This document shows, in pieces, positions 11,101 through 23,200 of a stretch of 64,000 nucleotides of DNA. The notes beneath the pieces are model-generated. The model searched no databases and was not told the origin of the DNA. It worked only from the letters and a program-made list of their open reading frames with translations. The position numbers and the translations under genes are program-made. Numbering within the stretch: position 1 is the first letter of the stretch; each line of letters starts with the position of its first letter. Origin of the DNA: Leptospiraceae bacterium (GTDB lineage Bacteria > Spirochaetota > Leptospiria > Leptospirales > Leptonemataceae); the NCBI GenBank assembly GCA_040217195.1, contig JAVJNR010000009.1:96001-160000 (forward strand), written 5' to 3'.

Positions 11101-14100
11101 TTGCAATGGGTATACCATTTACCGCTTTCGGTTGGAGATAAGGTCATCGGTATTGCAACCATAGGCGGTCGTTACCAGCGGCGAATACCTCCCTCAGACA
11201 AAGCCTTGATTGGGCGAATGATTGCCCAGGTGGCTGGCGCCGTGCAACAGCAAAGTCTGTTACAGACCATTGAAGAAGAAAAGGATTCCGCCAACAAGCT
11301 GGAACAGGAAACCAGGGCTCTTGCCGAATTCACCCGGCTTCTAAATGAAAGACAGGACCTGGATTCTGTAGTAAAAGAGGTATGTCGATTTGCCGTAGAG
11401 GCCCTGGATCTTCGTGGAACCTTTATTACTGTAATCAACGAAAAAGAACGAGAATTCCAAAATATTGGAGGGTTTGGCCGCGATTACAACGACCAGCAAT
11501 TGCTATTTGCCACTGGTTCCCGGGCGCCTCTGAATCCGGATGCTGGCACCTATTATCGTACCTACGAACGCAAGAAACCTCTGTATTTTCGCCGTCTGCC
11601 GCAACTGGATAATCCCACCGACCGCTACGTAGTGGAACTGTTGGAGCTAAAAAGCTACGCCCATGTACCTTTGATTTTGCAGGGTAATGTTATCGGCATC
11701 ATGGGGGTCGATCCAGGACAGCGAAAGCTCAAACGGGAGGACCTGAATCGACTGCAAAGATATGCCGACCAGGTCACCGGGGCCATCAACAATGCAGCGC
11801 TGCTAAAACAGGTTCAGCAGCAAAGATTCAGTATCGAAGGCATGGCCAAAATCACAGAAGTGGCCGCTTCAACAGATAACCTGGACGAAATCATCGATCA
11901 GATCTTTGACTATGTGCGACAGAGGTATGGCATATTATCTGGCATTGTCATGCTTCCAGATGACAAACATGCGAATCTAAGAACCTATCGGGTCGTTACA
12001 TTCGAAGACAAAGATAAGCTACAACTACATGAAGTTGGCCGATACTCGGAGAACCTTTCTATTCCCATCAATGACCGTGGTGGTACGCTGGCCCGCACAT
12101 TTCGGCGAGGTCGTCCGTTCTACGTACCCGACGCCTCTCGTATACAAAACGTTAAGCGAAACTATCCAGGGGCAGAGACCGACCGGGAGATCTTCAGCAA
12201 TCTTCGCTACAAGGGGTATCTGGCCCTTCCCATGTCAGTAAACAATGAACCTGTAGCGCTTTTAAACTTCACCTCCTACGGCGGTGAATTGCGATTGAGC
12301 AAATCGGACAGGGAAGAACTGGGCACCCTGGCAGATCAACTGGCCGGCATCATTCGATCCAGGCAACTTGCAGACAGACTCGCTATAGAAAAGAAGCGGG
12401 CAGAGCAGGAGAAAAAGGTGAATGAGGCGCTGGCCAATCTGGCCAGGCAGGCTAACGAAGGCGCTGGCATAGAAGACATTTTAACGCAGACTTCCCGATA
12501 TGTACAATCGGAGTGCGGCGTTTCCAGACTGGGGCTCTATATCGTTAATCACGAAAGAAATACCCTGGAATTGCACTCTATTCTGGAATCTGCACAGTTG
12601 CAAAATCTGGAAGAGGCGCCGGAAATAATCAAGACCATACCGATCGAATTTGAGAGCGGAAGCCTGGCAACCGTAGTCCGCAGAAATAGAAAGTTTTTCA
12701 TGCCGTACATGAAACAACAGTTTCTCGAAGCATCTCACGTTGATAAAGCTCATGTGGAATTCCACAAGTTTGACTGGGCATTGCAGGCCCCACTGAACAC
12801 AAGCGGCTCGATTATTGGAATACTTGTATTCGTGGGGCCGCATTCAACCCGTCCAGGTCTTCGCGAAAGACAACTGATGGAACGAATCGTTGATCAGATT
12901 GCTGGCGCCGTGCAAAGCAAGCAGCTATTGGATCAGGTCCGGGAAGCGCGAAAGGATAGCGAAGCGCTGGCCGAACTGGCCCGTCGTGCAGATGAAGGGG
13001 CCGATCTAACAGAAATTGGAGAACTGGTATTACACTATGCCCGGGAAAGATGCGGGGTGGATACGATGGGCCTCTATACCGTAGATCGAGAGCACCATCG
13101 AATGGAAGCTCATGCTATTGCGCGCAAGGGCGTCATAGAGCCGGTAAGAGCGGTACCGGAAGAACTACGGTTTCCTCCTCTCGCCGAAGAAACCGGTAGT
13201 CTCAGCCAGGTTGTGGCACGGGGGAAACCTCTATATATGGGAAGGCTTCCGGGCCGGGTGAAGATCCGAATGAGCGACCATGACCGAAAGAATCTGGAGT
13301 TCATGGGATTCGACTGGTTTCTGGATATTCCAATGATAGCTCAAGAAGAAGTGATTGGAGTGATCGCTTTTGCCGGCCCTGCCAGGCAAAAACTCTCGAA
13401 GAGCGAAAGAAGTTTTCTGGAGCGAATCACCGTGCAGGTCGCGGGCTCCGTACAGAATCGACAGCTTTTGAAGCAGGTGGAATCAGAACGAAACGTAGCT
13501 CGCACTCTTCAAAAGGAAACGGAAGGACTGAACCAGCTTCTGAAGCGAATAGCGGCCATGGAAGACCTGGAAGCAATCATGGATGAGGTAATCGCATTTT
13601 CCGAAGAAGCCTACGGCATAGGCATTTATTCCCTGTATTCTGTGGACAACGCAACCAAGCAGATGCAAGCGCTGGCTATGAACTTCCCGGATCATATTGC
13701 GCCCGAAGATCGACAGTATATCATGGACACTCCGGTTCCCCTGGATTTTCGCGGCGGGGCCTTTACCACCGCCTATCGGCGTAGTCCCCGCTACACATAC
13801 TTCAAGAATGCGAAATCGGAAGGTACATCGCCCATAGAGCAGTTTGTCACCGAGACGTACAATCTAACAAACATGGTGGTGTATCCGCTCATGGAAGGCG
13901 ACCAGGTAATGGCCTTTCTGAACTTTCTGACATACACTGAGGAAGGGTTGAATCGAGATCAGTTAAGTCAGCTATCCATTCTCAGCGATCAGATCTCTGG
14001 CATCATTCGAATGAATGGATTGATTCGTCAGGTAAAAGAGCAAAGCGCCCGAACCGAAGCCGCCAGGCAGGAAGTAGAGGCCCTGGCACGTATCACCCGA

Positions 14101-16713
14101 AAAGCCAATGAGTCCGCAGATCTGGAGCAGATCTTCGACATTATCCTGTCCTATGCCCAGGAAAACTTCGGCATTGAAGGGGCCATGCTGCAACTGGCTG
14201 ATGCGAACGCCAATGAGCTGTTCTACTATCGCACAAACAAGGTCGCGCGCCATACAGATGATATGTGGGATTTTATGCAAAACCTGCGCATTCCGCTGGA
14301 TGAGAGTGGAGGATTGGCGCACAACATTGCCCGGCGGGGCAAACCGATGTATCTATTGGATATGAAACGCGCAGCTCTGGAGCTTTCCGATCCGTTAAAG
14401 AAACTGGTCAAAGTTGTGGACCTGAAGTCGGCGCTCATCGTTCCACTGAAGGTAAAGCATCAAACCATCGGAATGATGTATTTCTCCAATTATTCCAGCC
14501 GCCTGCAATTAAATCGGGATCAAATCAATAGTATTGCACGGTTCGCCGAACAGATAGCAGGCACCATTTACGGTGCCAATCTTCTGGAACAGGCCGAAAC
14601 AGAGCGTGCTCGCGCTGAGGCCGCCCGAAAAGAAACCGAGATACTGGCAGACCTTTCGCGAAAAGCCAATGAAGCCACGGACCTGGAGGCTGTGAGCCAG
14701 ACACTCTTTGACTATCTTCGAGAATCCCTGGAGCTGGACGATTTCTGTCTCTTTGTCCTGGAACCCGAAACCATGTTGCTCCATGCAGCTGCCTGGGATA
14801 CCACGGCTGCCCATGACCCGGAAAACCTGCGCTGGCTGGAAACCACTCGCTTCAAGCTGGAGCCAGAAATTGGTACCCTGTACCGCACATACACAAAGAA
14901 AAAGTCAACCTACCTGCCCCGCTTTCCAGAAGCCTTCTTTGCGGAGGGGGACCGGGCTATTGTAGAAAAACTAAAGCTAACGTCTGCCCTTCAGGTGCCT
15001 CTCATCATCCAGGATGAGGTAATTGGTTTTTTTACATCCGGTCCCCGCCGCCGATTAAGCCGAGAAGAAATTACATCCGTAGAGCGATTCTGCAACCAGG
15101 TGGCAGGCGCCATTCGCGCAACCGCGCTGCTCAACAGTACAGTCCAGGCCAGGCAGCGGGCCGAAGCGGCGCGGCAGGAAACAGAGGCCCTGGCCATGCT
15201 TGCCAAACAGGCAAACGAAACTTCCAACCTGCAGAGCCTATGCGATACACTCTTTGATCACCTGGAAAAGCACTACAGCATACACAATCAGGCGCTATTT
15301 GTGGTGCATACCGAAAGCCATGAAATGACACCTGTAGCTGCCCGGGGTGGCCGAACAGAGCAGCAGAGACAACAGTGGCTGGACACCTTTCGCATTAATC
15401 TCAGCCGGGATCCGGGAACTCTGTCCTCGACATACAAAAGGCAAAAGACCTTCTATATCAAAGAAATACCCAAGACCCTGGCCGGAAAGGACCTCGAAAT
15501 TGTAAATACCTTGAATCCAGGCTCCATACTCCAGGTTCCACTTGTACTTCAGGGGCATACGGTAGCCATCATGGTGGCCGATCCAATCAAGGCTTTGAAC
15601 CGCAGCGACATTTCCTCTATTGAGCGACTATGCGATCAGATCGCCGGAGCTGTTCGAACCACCGCGCTGCTTCAGGCTACCCAGGAAGCCCGGGAAGAAG
15701 CCGTGGCAGCCAAAGAGGAAGCAGAAGTGGCCCGGGCCGAATCCGATGCACTTCTGGAGAATGTGCTGCCCAGCGTAACAGCAAAGGAGCTGAAAGAGTC
15801 TGGTCGAGTCGAGCCGGTGTACTTCGATAATGTTTCCGTCCTGTTCACAGACTTTGTAGGATTTACGAAAGCAGCGGCCAATCTAAGTCCCGCCGAGCTA
15901 ATCCAGGAGTTGGACGGCTGCTTTTCGCAATTCGATGAAGTATCCCGCCGAAACAACATGGAAAAGCTAAAGACCATTGGCGATGCCTATATGTGCGCCG
16001 GAGGCCTGCCGGTGCCCAACGAAGGTCATGCTATCGATGCCTGCTTGACAGCTCTTGAATTTCGCAGCTTCATGAATCAGATGGCAGCAGTAAAAGGACA
16101 GCTGGGCTATGAATTCTGGCAGATTCGCATTGGCATACACAGCGGACCGGTTACGGCCGGCGTCATTGGCCAGAACAAGTTCTCCTACGATATCTGGGGA
16201 GATACCGTAAACGTGGCCAGCCGAATGGAGTCCTCCGGTAGCCCTGGCATGGTGAATATATCGGGCACCACATACGAACTGGTGAAAGATCTATTCGAAT
16301 GCGAATATCGAGGCAAAGTTCAGGCCAAGGGAAAGGGCGAACTGGACATGTACTTTGTGCATAGAATCAAGCCGGAGCTTTCTGCTGACGAGGAAGGACT
16401 GCTTCCCAATGCCATGTTTGAGCTTGCACGGACGGATATGGATATGGAGGAACTGGATGACCTACGCAGGAACGTGGCCGCGCGAAAGGCCGAAGGATTC
16501 CAGGACGGAGTATCCACGGATTCCAGAGATCATTCAGAACCGAACGGATCTTTTGACCTCTCGAATGCTCTGAATCCCTCAAATCGTCCGAACAGCGCGA
16601 GCAGCCACGAAAGTCCAATTCATGGCCCCTCCTCCGGAACCCGACACCGAAAGAAGAAACTGGCCGGCGCCCGTCCGCTTTCAGACATAGATGAAAGCCG
16701 CCAGGGATGGTAA
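8191..16713 (+). CDS. Giant 7TM-DISM / 11xGAF / class III adenylate cyclase
   Basis: Signal peptide, DISM ectodomain (GILDLRQWDF...LSGDW), 7TM region, eleven ~185-200 aa GAF-like modules and cyclase motifs. Start is uncertain (8113 or 8191). Confidence 0.9.
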   Translation: MDTNHKDYKKAATRQRARVSRSSLLLASVLLLSASLPGALLAGPTSAETRETTTPEARNGILDLRQWDFERDGSAKLSGDWKLVWSQFTSPNRPLRNAHAARVPRSWDQLGIEGVGGRGFGTFQLVLQGLPDTGLMISLPSMTGAYRLYCGDSLIASTGTAGSSFETTIPKRIPRLAALPPNCIKDSGAVLTWHVANFRHRTGGGAAELTSTMTIGLPAQMMGSVYQRHLSDLSLLAIAFIMGLYHLVFWLFRRNDIQLILFSAVASLFCVRIIGTQTLLQQAFPAADFYEFEFMLEYLGYYLLVPVFFSYLRAWYPREFNRIVSYALWTVAALFSATVLFGPVDFYSNFIRYYESVSLAAFLYTLIALGIAIARKHRGAWIISAGVWIIIGTATHDILGNMGVLQSETYLAQFGFLTFLLSQSSLMAALFSDAFRRAEDLSENLEKKVVSRTEELAREKDHAETARATALAAQSESEILADLAQQANRGTDARSLLEPLAQILISRLGADRLGLWLAREDGYLHLVAGYSDGSPTDPGQYSDIVARISTGEEGGILARGLREGRTIYTPRVNQKYLESSPVDREIQSTWNFDWFVNIPLLVQQRSVGLIAASGPKAQRIPKTEIKFLERAAATVAGATQKQSLLERIEAEKNQAESLRIEAEREKEESELLAELARETNQGASIEELLAPIYRASRSRIGARNIALYLADESNRILKLRASYSKGRSDTPADYPEILQDVPVEDRDNSLIRTYLRGRSNFQDRMDPEILKEYPVDQALYEQWNYDWAAIVPLTIKGQSMGLIVWSGEGKNQISRSDLPFLESVADIITGAIHNLQLLEQVKEKQSIAEQERQATEMLAELSRKAMEGGKLEEIVRSLSDFLRPMVGNHGVSLYLPDPEARLLVQQTASENGKVLPLDTIPDIVRNVPLASEGGSLPIVFGSGKPMYFARITQRMLDSSEVDRAVADHFKLQWVYHLPLSVGDKVIGIATIGGRYQRRIPPSDKALIGRMIAQVAGAVQQQSLLQTIEEEKDSANKLEQETRALAEFTRLLNERQDLDSVVKEVCRFAVEALDLRGTFITVINEKEREFQNIGGFGRDYNDQQLLFATGSRAPLNPDAGTYYRTYERKKPLYFRRLPQLDNPTDRYVVELLELKSYAHVPLILQGNVIGIMGVDPGQRKLKREDLNRLQRYADQVTGAINNAALLKQVQQQRFSIEGMAKITEVAASTDNLDEIIDQIFDYVRQRYGILSGIVMLPDDKHANLRTYRVVTFEDKDKLQLHEVGRYSENLSIPINDRGGTLARTFRRGRPFYVPDASRIQNVKRNYPGAETDREIFSNLRYKGYLALPMSVNNEPVALLNFTSYGGELRLSKSDREELGTLADQLAGIIRSRQLADRLAIEKKRAEQEKKVNEALANLARQANEGAGIEDILTQTSRYVQSECGVSRLGLYIVNHERNTLELHSILESAQLQNLEEAPEIIKTIPIEFESGSLATVVRRNRKFFMPYMKQQFLEASHVDKAHVEFHKFDWALQAPLNTSGSIIGILVFVGPHSTRPGLRERQLMERIVDQIAGAVQSKQLLDQVREARKDSEALAELARRADEGADLTEIGELVLHYARERCGVDTMGLYTVDREHHRMEAHAIARKGVIEPVRAVPEELRFPPLAEETGSLSQVVARGKPLYMGRLPGRVKIRMSDHDRKNLEFMGFDWFLDIPMIAQEEVIGVIAFAGPARQKLSKSERSFLERITVQVAGSVQNRQLLKQVESERNVARTLQKETEGLNQLLKRIAAMEDLEAIMDEVIAFSEEAYGIGIYSLYSVDNATKQMQALAMNFPDHIAPEDRQYIMDTPVPLDFRGGAFTTAYRRSPRYTYFKNAKSEGTSPIEQFVTETYNLTNMVVYPLMEGDQVMAFLNFLTYTEEGLNRDQLSQLSILSDQISGIIRMNGLIRQVKEQSARTEAARQEVEALARITRKANESADLEQIFDIILSYAQENFGIEGAMLQLADANANELFYYRTNKVARHTDDMWDFMQNLRIPLDESGGLAHNIARRGKPMYLLDMKRAALELSDPLKKLVKVVDLKSALIVPLKVKHQTIGMMYFSNYSSRLQLNRDQINSIARFAEQIAGTIYGANLLEQAETERARAEAARKETEILADLSRKANEATDLEAVSQTLFDYLRESLELDDFCLFVLEPETMLLHAAAWDTTAAHDPENLRWLETTRFKLEPEIGTLYRTYTKKKSTYLPRFPEAFFAEGDRAIVEKLKLTSALQVPLIIQDEVIGFFTSGPRRRLSREEITSVERFCNQVAGAIRATALLNSTVQARQRAEAARQETEALAMLAKQANETSNLQSLCDTLFDHLEKHYSIHNQALFVVHTESHEMTPVAARGGRTEQQRQQWLDTFRINLSRDPGTLSSTYKRQKTFYIKEIPKTLAGKDLEIVNTLNPGSILQVPLVLQGHTVAIMVADPIKALNRSDISSIERLCDQIAGAVRTTALLQATQEAREEAVAAKEEAEVARAESDALLENVLPSVTAKELKESGRVEPVYFDNVSVLFTDFVGFTKAAANLSPAELIQELDGCFSQFDEVSRRNNMEKLKTIGDAYMCAGGLPVPNEGHAIDACLTALEFRSFMNQMAAVKGQLGYEFWQIRIGIHSGPVTAGVIGQNKFSYDIWGDTVNVASRMESSGSPGMVNISGTTYELVKDLFECEYRGKVQAKGKGELDMYFVHRIKPELSADEEGLLPNAMFELARTDMDMEELDDLRRNVAARKAEGFQDGVSTDSRDHSEPNGSFDLSNALNPSNRPNSASSHESPIHGPSSGTRHRKKKLAGARPLSDIDESRQGW

Positions 16714-16781
16714 CGATATAGCCAATCAATGTAGCCGGTTCCTCCGCTACAATGGCTGAAGTATCGCATGATGATCGAGCA

Positions 16782-16985
16782 GATCAGCTGGAGTTCCAAT
16801 ACCCTTCGCTCGAGCTCCGCCCGATTGTGCACCTGCGCCTTACTGTAAATGCTTTCTACTTGATGATATGGCGCAGGAGGGCTCATAAACAAGAACTCCG
16901 CCACCGAAGCGATGGCTTTGCCTCCCATCCTTAGTTCGAGAATCAGCCACCCCCGCTCCGTAATATCCGGCGCCAGGCTGCGCAC
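16782..16985 (-). pseudogene. Remnant of a NarL/LuxR regulator (HTH only, degenerate)
   Basis: ITERGWLILELRMGGKAIASVAEFL...VHNRAELERRVLELQLI aligns with the C-termini of both intact regulators. REC domain is absent and the original stop is lost. Confidence 0.85.
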
Positions 16986-17145
16986 CAGGTTTCGTCATAC
17001 GGCAAGCATGGGTAAGGGTCCATTTCTCAGATGATTATTGCTGAATCGGGCTTTTCGGGTAGAACGGTCCCTTTGCTCCTTCCTGGACCACCGAAAAGAT
17101 TTCGGGATTTTCCCCGAATTTCGAACCAAACCTAACGTTTCCTGC

Positions 17146-17161
17146 CCCCCTGAATTGGGGG
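17146..17161. promoter_or_regulatory. Palindromic site, copy 4 (CCCCCTGAATTGGGGG, variant)
   Basis: Upstream of the second giant cyclase. Two mismatches to consensus, same TTTT tail. Confidence 0.5.
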
Positions 17162-17291
17162 TTTTCTTCGACTACATGCTGGATTCGGTTGCCAGTCTTT
17201 CGAAAATAAGGGATTGATGGCAATAAATGTTAGAAGTGGCAAATGGGCCGCTTTTAATCGGGGCCCATACGATACCAGGACAGTAGAGCCG

Positions 17292-20200
17292 ATGGAGACA
17301 ATTAGCCAGAAATACAGCAGGTCTGGAAACACAAAGGGAACCGGGTTTCAGCTCGCAGATTTGCTGCTAGCAAGTATACTGTTCTGGCTGCCAAAAAGAA
17401 TAGTCAGTTTATTGGCCGGAATTCCAGCCCGGCTCCGTCTTTTCTTTCCAGTGCGATCCTTTATGTCAGCCGCGATTCCGGGGCCCCTTTTTCTTATAGC
17501 CTTGTTCTCAATGGTCGCTATTGGTTGCTTTCAATCAGCCCGGCCCGGCCCACCGGTTGCCCGGGATGGAGTTCTGGATCTACGACAATGGGATTTCGAA
17601 AGCAATGGATCGGCCAATTTGAGCGGAGATTGGAAACTTGTATGGGGCCAGTTCGCCTCTCCAAACAGTCCATTGAGAAACGCCTATGACGCGCGTGTTC
17701 CCCGTAGCTGGGATCACCTCGGAATCGAAGGCGTTAGCGGCCGCGGCTTCGGAACATTGCAGCTTGTTCTTCAAGGCCTACCGGAGACGACCTCCGGCCT
17801 GACCATTTCCCTCCCTTCCATGACCGGTGCCTACCGGCTTTATTGTGGAGAATCGTTGATTGCTGCCACCGGCACGGCCGGCAACTCCTATGAGACAACG
17901 ACCCCTGAACGCATTCCTCGTGTGGCCATCCTTCCAACGGAATGCATTAAGGAAAATCAGGCTGTACTCACATGGCATGTTGCAAACTTCCGGCATCGAA
18001 CCGGTGGAGGTGCGGCCGAGCTAACTTCCACGATGACAATCGGGCTACCCGCTCAAACCATGAGTTCCGTGTATCGGAGACATCTGGCCGATCTTTCCCT
18101 GCTTGCCATCGCATTCATTATGGCCCTCTACCATCTGGTCTACTGGCTGTTTCGCCGCGATGACGTCCAGTTGGTCCTTTTTTCGGCCGTGGCCGCTCTA
18201 TTCTGCGTTCGAATTACTGGAACGCAAACGCTTTTGCAACAGGCCTTTCCCTCCGCCGATTTTTACGAAATTGAATTCATGCTGGAATACCTGGGCTACT
18301 ATTTGCTCGTGCCGGTTTTCTTTTCCTATCTACGAGCATGGTACCCGGGCGAGTTCAATCGATTTGTATCGTACACGCTCTGGATCATCGGAGGGCTTTT
18401 TTCAGCCACCGTTCTTTTTGGTCCGGTAGATTTCTATAGCAATTACATTCGCTATTATGAAAGCGTCAGCCTGGCTGCCTTTCTTTACACCCTGATCGCG
18501 CTTGGTTTTGCCATTGTTCGAAAACGTCGCGGTGCCTGGATCCTAAACGCCGGCGTCTGGATTATAATCGGAACCGCAACGCATGACATCCTGGGCAATA
18601 TGGGTGTGCTTCAGTCCGAAACCTATCTGGCGCAGTTTGGCTTTCTTACATTTCTGTTATCTCAGTCTTCTCTGATGGCAGCTCTTTTCTCGGACGCCTT
18701 TCGTCGCGCCGAGGATCTTTCAGAGAATCTGGAAAAAAAGGTCGTCTCCCGGACAGGGGAACTGGCCCGTGAAAAGGATCGCGCAGAGACAGCGCGAGCG
18801 ACCGCACTTGCGGAGCAGTTGGAATCGGAGATTCTGGCGGATCTGGCCCAACAGGCCAACCGTGGTACAGATGCAAAAAGCCTGCTGGACCCTCTGGCCA
18901 GGGTTTTGACTGCACGCCTTGGAGCGGACCGCCTGGGACTCTGGGTTGCCCGGGATGACGGGTATCTTGAACTGGTGGCCGGTTTTGCGGATGGCCAACC
19001 AACGGATCCGAAGCAATATTCCGACGTTGTGGCTCGAATCAGTACCGGCGAAAAAGGAGGTATTCTGGCACGCGGCTATCGAGAAGGCCGAATCATCTAT
19101 GTTCCTCGAGTAAACCGCAAGCTTCTGGAGAATTCGCCTGTGGACCGGGAAATCCAATCCACCTGGAAGTTTGACTGGTTCGTTAATCTACCGCTGGTTG
19201 TGGACCGGGGCTCGGTGGGAATGATTGCCGCTTCCGGTCCCAGAGCAAAAAGAATTCCCCGAAAGGAAATCCGATTTCTGGAACGAGCGGCGGCCACCGT
19301 GGCCAGCGCTACCCAGAAACAAATGCTTCTGGAGCGAATCGAAGAAGAAAAGGATGCAGCGAAAAAACTGGAGCGCGAAACCAGGGCTCTGGCCGAGTTT
19401 ACGCGACGACTTAACGAAAGGCAGGACCTGAACTCCATTGTATCAGAGGTTTGTCAATACTCAGTAAATTCCATGGCTCTGCGAGGAGCCTACGTAACCG
19501 TAATCAATGAGAAGGAAAGGGAATTTCAAAGCATTGGAGGGTATGGCCTGGATTACAATGATCAGCAAATGGCCTTCGTGCGTTCCTCCCGCGTACCTCT
19601 TAGCCAGGAATCCGGATTGATCTATTCCACGTATCGAAGAAAGAAAAATGTGCACCTTCGTAGATTACGTCAATCCTCAAGTCCGGTGGATGAATATGCC
19701 CGGGAAATACTGCAGCTAAATTCTATTGCACACTTCCCTCTGCTTCTGGAAGGAAATGTAATCGGTGTTCTCGCAGTGGATCCGGGGCGGCGAAAATTAA
19801 GCCAGAAGGACCTGGGTAAGCTGCAGAATTATGCCGACCAGGTAACAGGAGCCATTAACAATGCCGCTTTGCTGCAACAGGTTCAGCAGCAGAGGATGAG
19901 CATTGAAGGTCTGGCAAGAATTACCGAGACTGCCGCCTCTACAGATAACCTGGACGAAATCCTGAATCAGATCTTTCACTATGTGCATTCTCGTTTTGGG
20001 ATTTTGTCAGGGCTTGTAATGGTTCCCAACGAAGACCGCACCGAGCTTCAAAGCATTAAGGTACATACATTCGAAGATAAAGAGTCCCTGCAACTGGCTG
20101 CTGCTGGCGAATACGCAGAAGGTCTATCGGTAGCAATTAACTTACAGGGAGGCACTCTTGCGCGAACCTTTCTACGTGGCAGGCCTTTCTACGTACCGGA

Positions 20201-23200
20201 CGTTTCGCGGTTCATGGAAACGGGGCGAAATTACCCCGGCTCCGAGATTGACCGGGACATCTTTCAAAATCTTCGCTACAAGGGATATCTGGCCCTTCCC
20301 ATGACCGTTAACAAAGAGCCCGTAGCGTTGCTCAATTTCACCTCCTATGGAGCAGATCTACGATTAAGCAGGGCAGACCGGGAAGAACTGGGCACTCTTG
20401 CCGATCAGCTGGCAGGCATCATCCGATCCAGGCAGCTGGCCGAGAACCTGTCCAGAGAGAAAAAGCGGGCCGAGCAGGAGAAAGCAGAGAACGAGGTTCT
20501 GGCAAATCTGGCCCGGCGCGCCAACGAAGGCGCTGGCATAGAAGACATACTGATCGAGACTTCCCGAATCACGGAGGCTCACTGCGGTGTATCCAGACTG
20601 GGTCTTTACCTGGTCGATACGGAGAAAAACACGCTTGAGTTGCATTCATTCCTATCGTCGGGCGAAGTGAACGATGAACGGCCGGTACCGGATATTATCA
20701 AATCCATACCCATAGAATTCGAAAGCGGAAGTCTGGCCGCTGTAGTACAGCGAATGCGAAAGATGTTTCTTCCCTCCATCAGGCCTCCGTTTCTGGAGGC
20801 TTCGCCCGTAGATGCCGCTCAAGTAGAGTTTCACAAATTTGATTGGTTTCTTCAAGCACCGTTGATGACCGGAGGTTCCATGATCGGCGTATTGGCCTTT
20901 GTAGGTTCACAGGATCATCGCCCTGGCCTGCGCCAAAGACAGCTGATGGGTCGCATCGTAGATCAGATTGCAGGTGCCGTTCAGAGCAAGCAACTTCTGG
21001 ATCAGGTGGAGGACGCACGAAGAGACAGCGAGGCGCTGGCAGAACTGGCCCGCCGTGCAGATGCAGGCGCCGATCTTTTTGAAATTGGAGAACTGGTACT
21101 GGATTATGCGCGGGCAAAGTGCGGAGTAGATACTCTGGGTCTATACACCGTCAACCGGGAGCTCAATCGACTGGAAGTACAGGCCTTCGCGCGAAAAGGT
21201 CCGATTGAGCCGGGAAGCGTGCTGCCCGATGAACTGCGCTTTCCTCCACTGTTTGAGCAGACCGGTTCCCTGAGTCAGGTCGTATCCCGAGGCAGGCCTC
21301 TTTATATGGACCGACTGCCGGAACGACTGAAACGAAAAATGAGCGACCATGACCGAAAGAACCTGGAGTTCATGCAATTTGACTGGTTTCTGGATATTCC
21401 AATGATTGCTCAAGAAGAGGTAATTGGAGTCATTGCTTTTGCCGGCCCCGCCAGGCAGAAGCTTTCAGAAAGCGAAAGAAATTTTCTGGAACGGATCACA
21501 GTACAGGTGTCCGGTTCTGTAAAGAACCGACAGCTCTTGAAGCAGGTAGAATCGGAGCGAAACGTAGCTCGCACTCTACAGAAAGAAACAGAAGGTCTGA
21601 ATCAATTACTCAAGCGCATCGCGCCGATGGAAGACCTGGAAGAAATCATGGAGGAGGTTATGGCATTCTCAAAGGATGCATATGACATAGGTGTTTATTC
21701 CCTGTATTCCGTGGACAATGAAAGAAAGCAGATGCAAGCACTTGCCATGAACTTCCCTGATCATATAGGACCAGAAGACCGGCAATACATTATGGAGACT
21801 CCGGTTCCGCTGGATTTTCGCGGAGGGGCCTTTACCATAGCCTATCGTCGCAGCCCGCGATACACTTATTTTAAAAATGCGAAGCAAGAAGGCACATCAC
21901 CAATTGAAGAATTTGTCAGCAAGAAGTACGACTTAACGAACATGGTGGTCTATCCGCTTATGGAAGGCGACCAGGTAATGGTTTTCCTGAATTTTTTAAC
22001 CTACAATAAAGAAGGCCTGAACAGGGATCAGCTGAGTCAACTCTCCATTTTGAGCGATCAGATCTCAGGAATTATCAGGATGAACGGATTGATCCGCGAA
22101 GTGAAAGAGCAGAGCGTGCGCACAGAAGCCGCGAGAAAGGAAACCGATATGCTGGCCGAACTCTCCAGGAAGGCCAACGAAGCAACAGACCTGGAAGCTG
22201 TGAGCCAGACACTCTTTGACCATCTTCGCGAGTCCCTTGAACTGGACGACTTCTGTTTGTTTGTCCTGGAGCCCGAAACCAGGTTGCTGCATGCGGCAGC
22301 CTGGGACACATCCGCCGCCGAGGATCCGGAAACCAGGCGATGGCTGGAAACCACGCACCATAAACTGGAACCGGATGTGGGAACCCTTTACCGCACCTAT
22401 TCAAAAAAGAAAACAACCTATCTGCCTCGTTTTCCGGAAGCATTTTTTGCACCCGGAGATCGGATCATTGTAGAAAAACTAAAACTAACCTCAGCTCTTC
22501 AAGTACCTCTACTCATCCAGGATGAGGTTATTGGGTTCCTTACCTCCGGCCCCCGCCGGCGATTGACCAGGGAGGAGATCACTTCGGTGGAACGATTCTG
22601 CAACCAGGTGGCCGGCGCCATTCGCGCAACAGCTTTGCTCAACAGCACAGCGCAGGCGCGGCAGCGGGCCGAGAATGCCAGGCGTGAAACCGAAGCCCTG
22701 GCCGTTCTTTCCAGAGAAGCAAACGAAACCGTAAACCTGGAGAATCTTTCACAAACCGTTTTTCATCTAATGCGTCAGACTCTGGATCTGGAAAATTTCA
22801 CTTTATTCATCGTGGACGATCAGGACAGCGAGCTTCTTCCAGCAAAATGGGATACAGTGCAGGATGTCAGTGAATGGAAACGGAACTTTCGCGTACCACT
22901 ACAACCCGACGCGGGAACGCTGCATCGGACGTGGAGTCGTAAACGTACCCTCTATTTGCCCGCATTTCCGGAAGAATTCGGGGGATGGGCGGACCAGGAA
23001 ATCGTCGGGAATTTGAAGATTGAATCCGTACTGCAAATCCCGCTGGTGGTATCCGACCGAGTCGTAGGCATCTTCGCATGTGGTCCTACCAGGAAACTGA
23101 ATCGTGAGGAAATTCGATCCGCAGAGCGTTATATTCAACAGATTGCCGGCGCAGTAAGGATCATTGCTCTGCTCCAGGCCACCCAGGAGGCCCGAGAAGA

